Positions 63,606 through 64,000 of a stretch of DNA of 64,000 bases are shown piece by piece. Under the pieces are notes generated by a model that was not told where the DNA came from, ran no database searches, and saw nothing but the letters and a program-made list of their open reading frames with translations. The position numbers were made by a program, and so were the translations under genes. Each line of letters starts with the position of its first letter. The stretch's first letter is position 1. Source of the stretch: Phallusia mammillata (Eukaryota); contig OZ281494.1 of NCBI GenBank assembly GCA_965637545.1, forward strand, positions 10,602,001 to 10,666,000. Reading direction: 5' to 3'.

Positions 63606-64000
63606 CTGTAACAAAATGGTTTCAAATAACGTATATCAGTGTGACGTCAATAATTGAGCCCTTTTCTACCTTCCCTTTCTGTGTATTAAAAAGAGTTTGT
63701 TTCCGCTTGTGCATTATTCATTTTACACTGATGATGATAGATGTTTTAGTCGGAACGTTTGCTTAATATAATGTCTAAGTTTTATTCTACATAGCTGGCA
63801 TTTTTGTTTATAGCAAAGCTACTTTTCAAGTCCGTGTCTTGTGTACATCGGTTAAATATTACAAAACCAAGGACCATGTACAAATAAAACGTACAGACTT
63901 AAAAACGTAGAAAGGTTTCAGGACTAGCTGGGATACAGCAAAGCCTAATTGACCGACATATAAATAGTTTATCAATAAAAGCAAGACCTAAAAGAGTACC

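Overview
AT-rich, intron-dense animal genomic DNA, not prokaryotic. Compact introns, the gene set and many MITEs suggest an invertebrate chordate such as a tunicate; the taxon is an inference. Gene models were built by hand from GT/AG sites, exon phase and protein motifs. In order: WDR26 (minus, 13 coding exons); a nested hAT-MITE cluster and a 17-bp satellite (8.6-14.7 kb); a ZC2HC1C-like zinc-finger gene (minus); and two head-to-head class A peptide-type GPCR genes. GPCR1 (minus) has a ~170-aa extracellular loop 2; GPCR2 (plus) is angiotensin/apelin/chemokine-receptor-like. A small 3-exon candidate secreted prepropeptide gene with dibasic cleavage sites starts 334 bp after the GPCR2 stop. 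A large 5'-truncated cadherin-related gene follows (minus; at least 9 EC repeats, mucin-like stalk, TM, PDZ-type tail), and its 12.9-kb intron hosts two antisense single-pass membrane-protein genes. The most interesting lead is the candidate orphan peptide precursor beside an orphan GPCR, a possible linked ligand-receptor pair. No database searches could be run.
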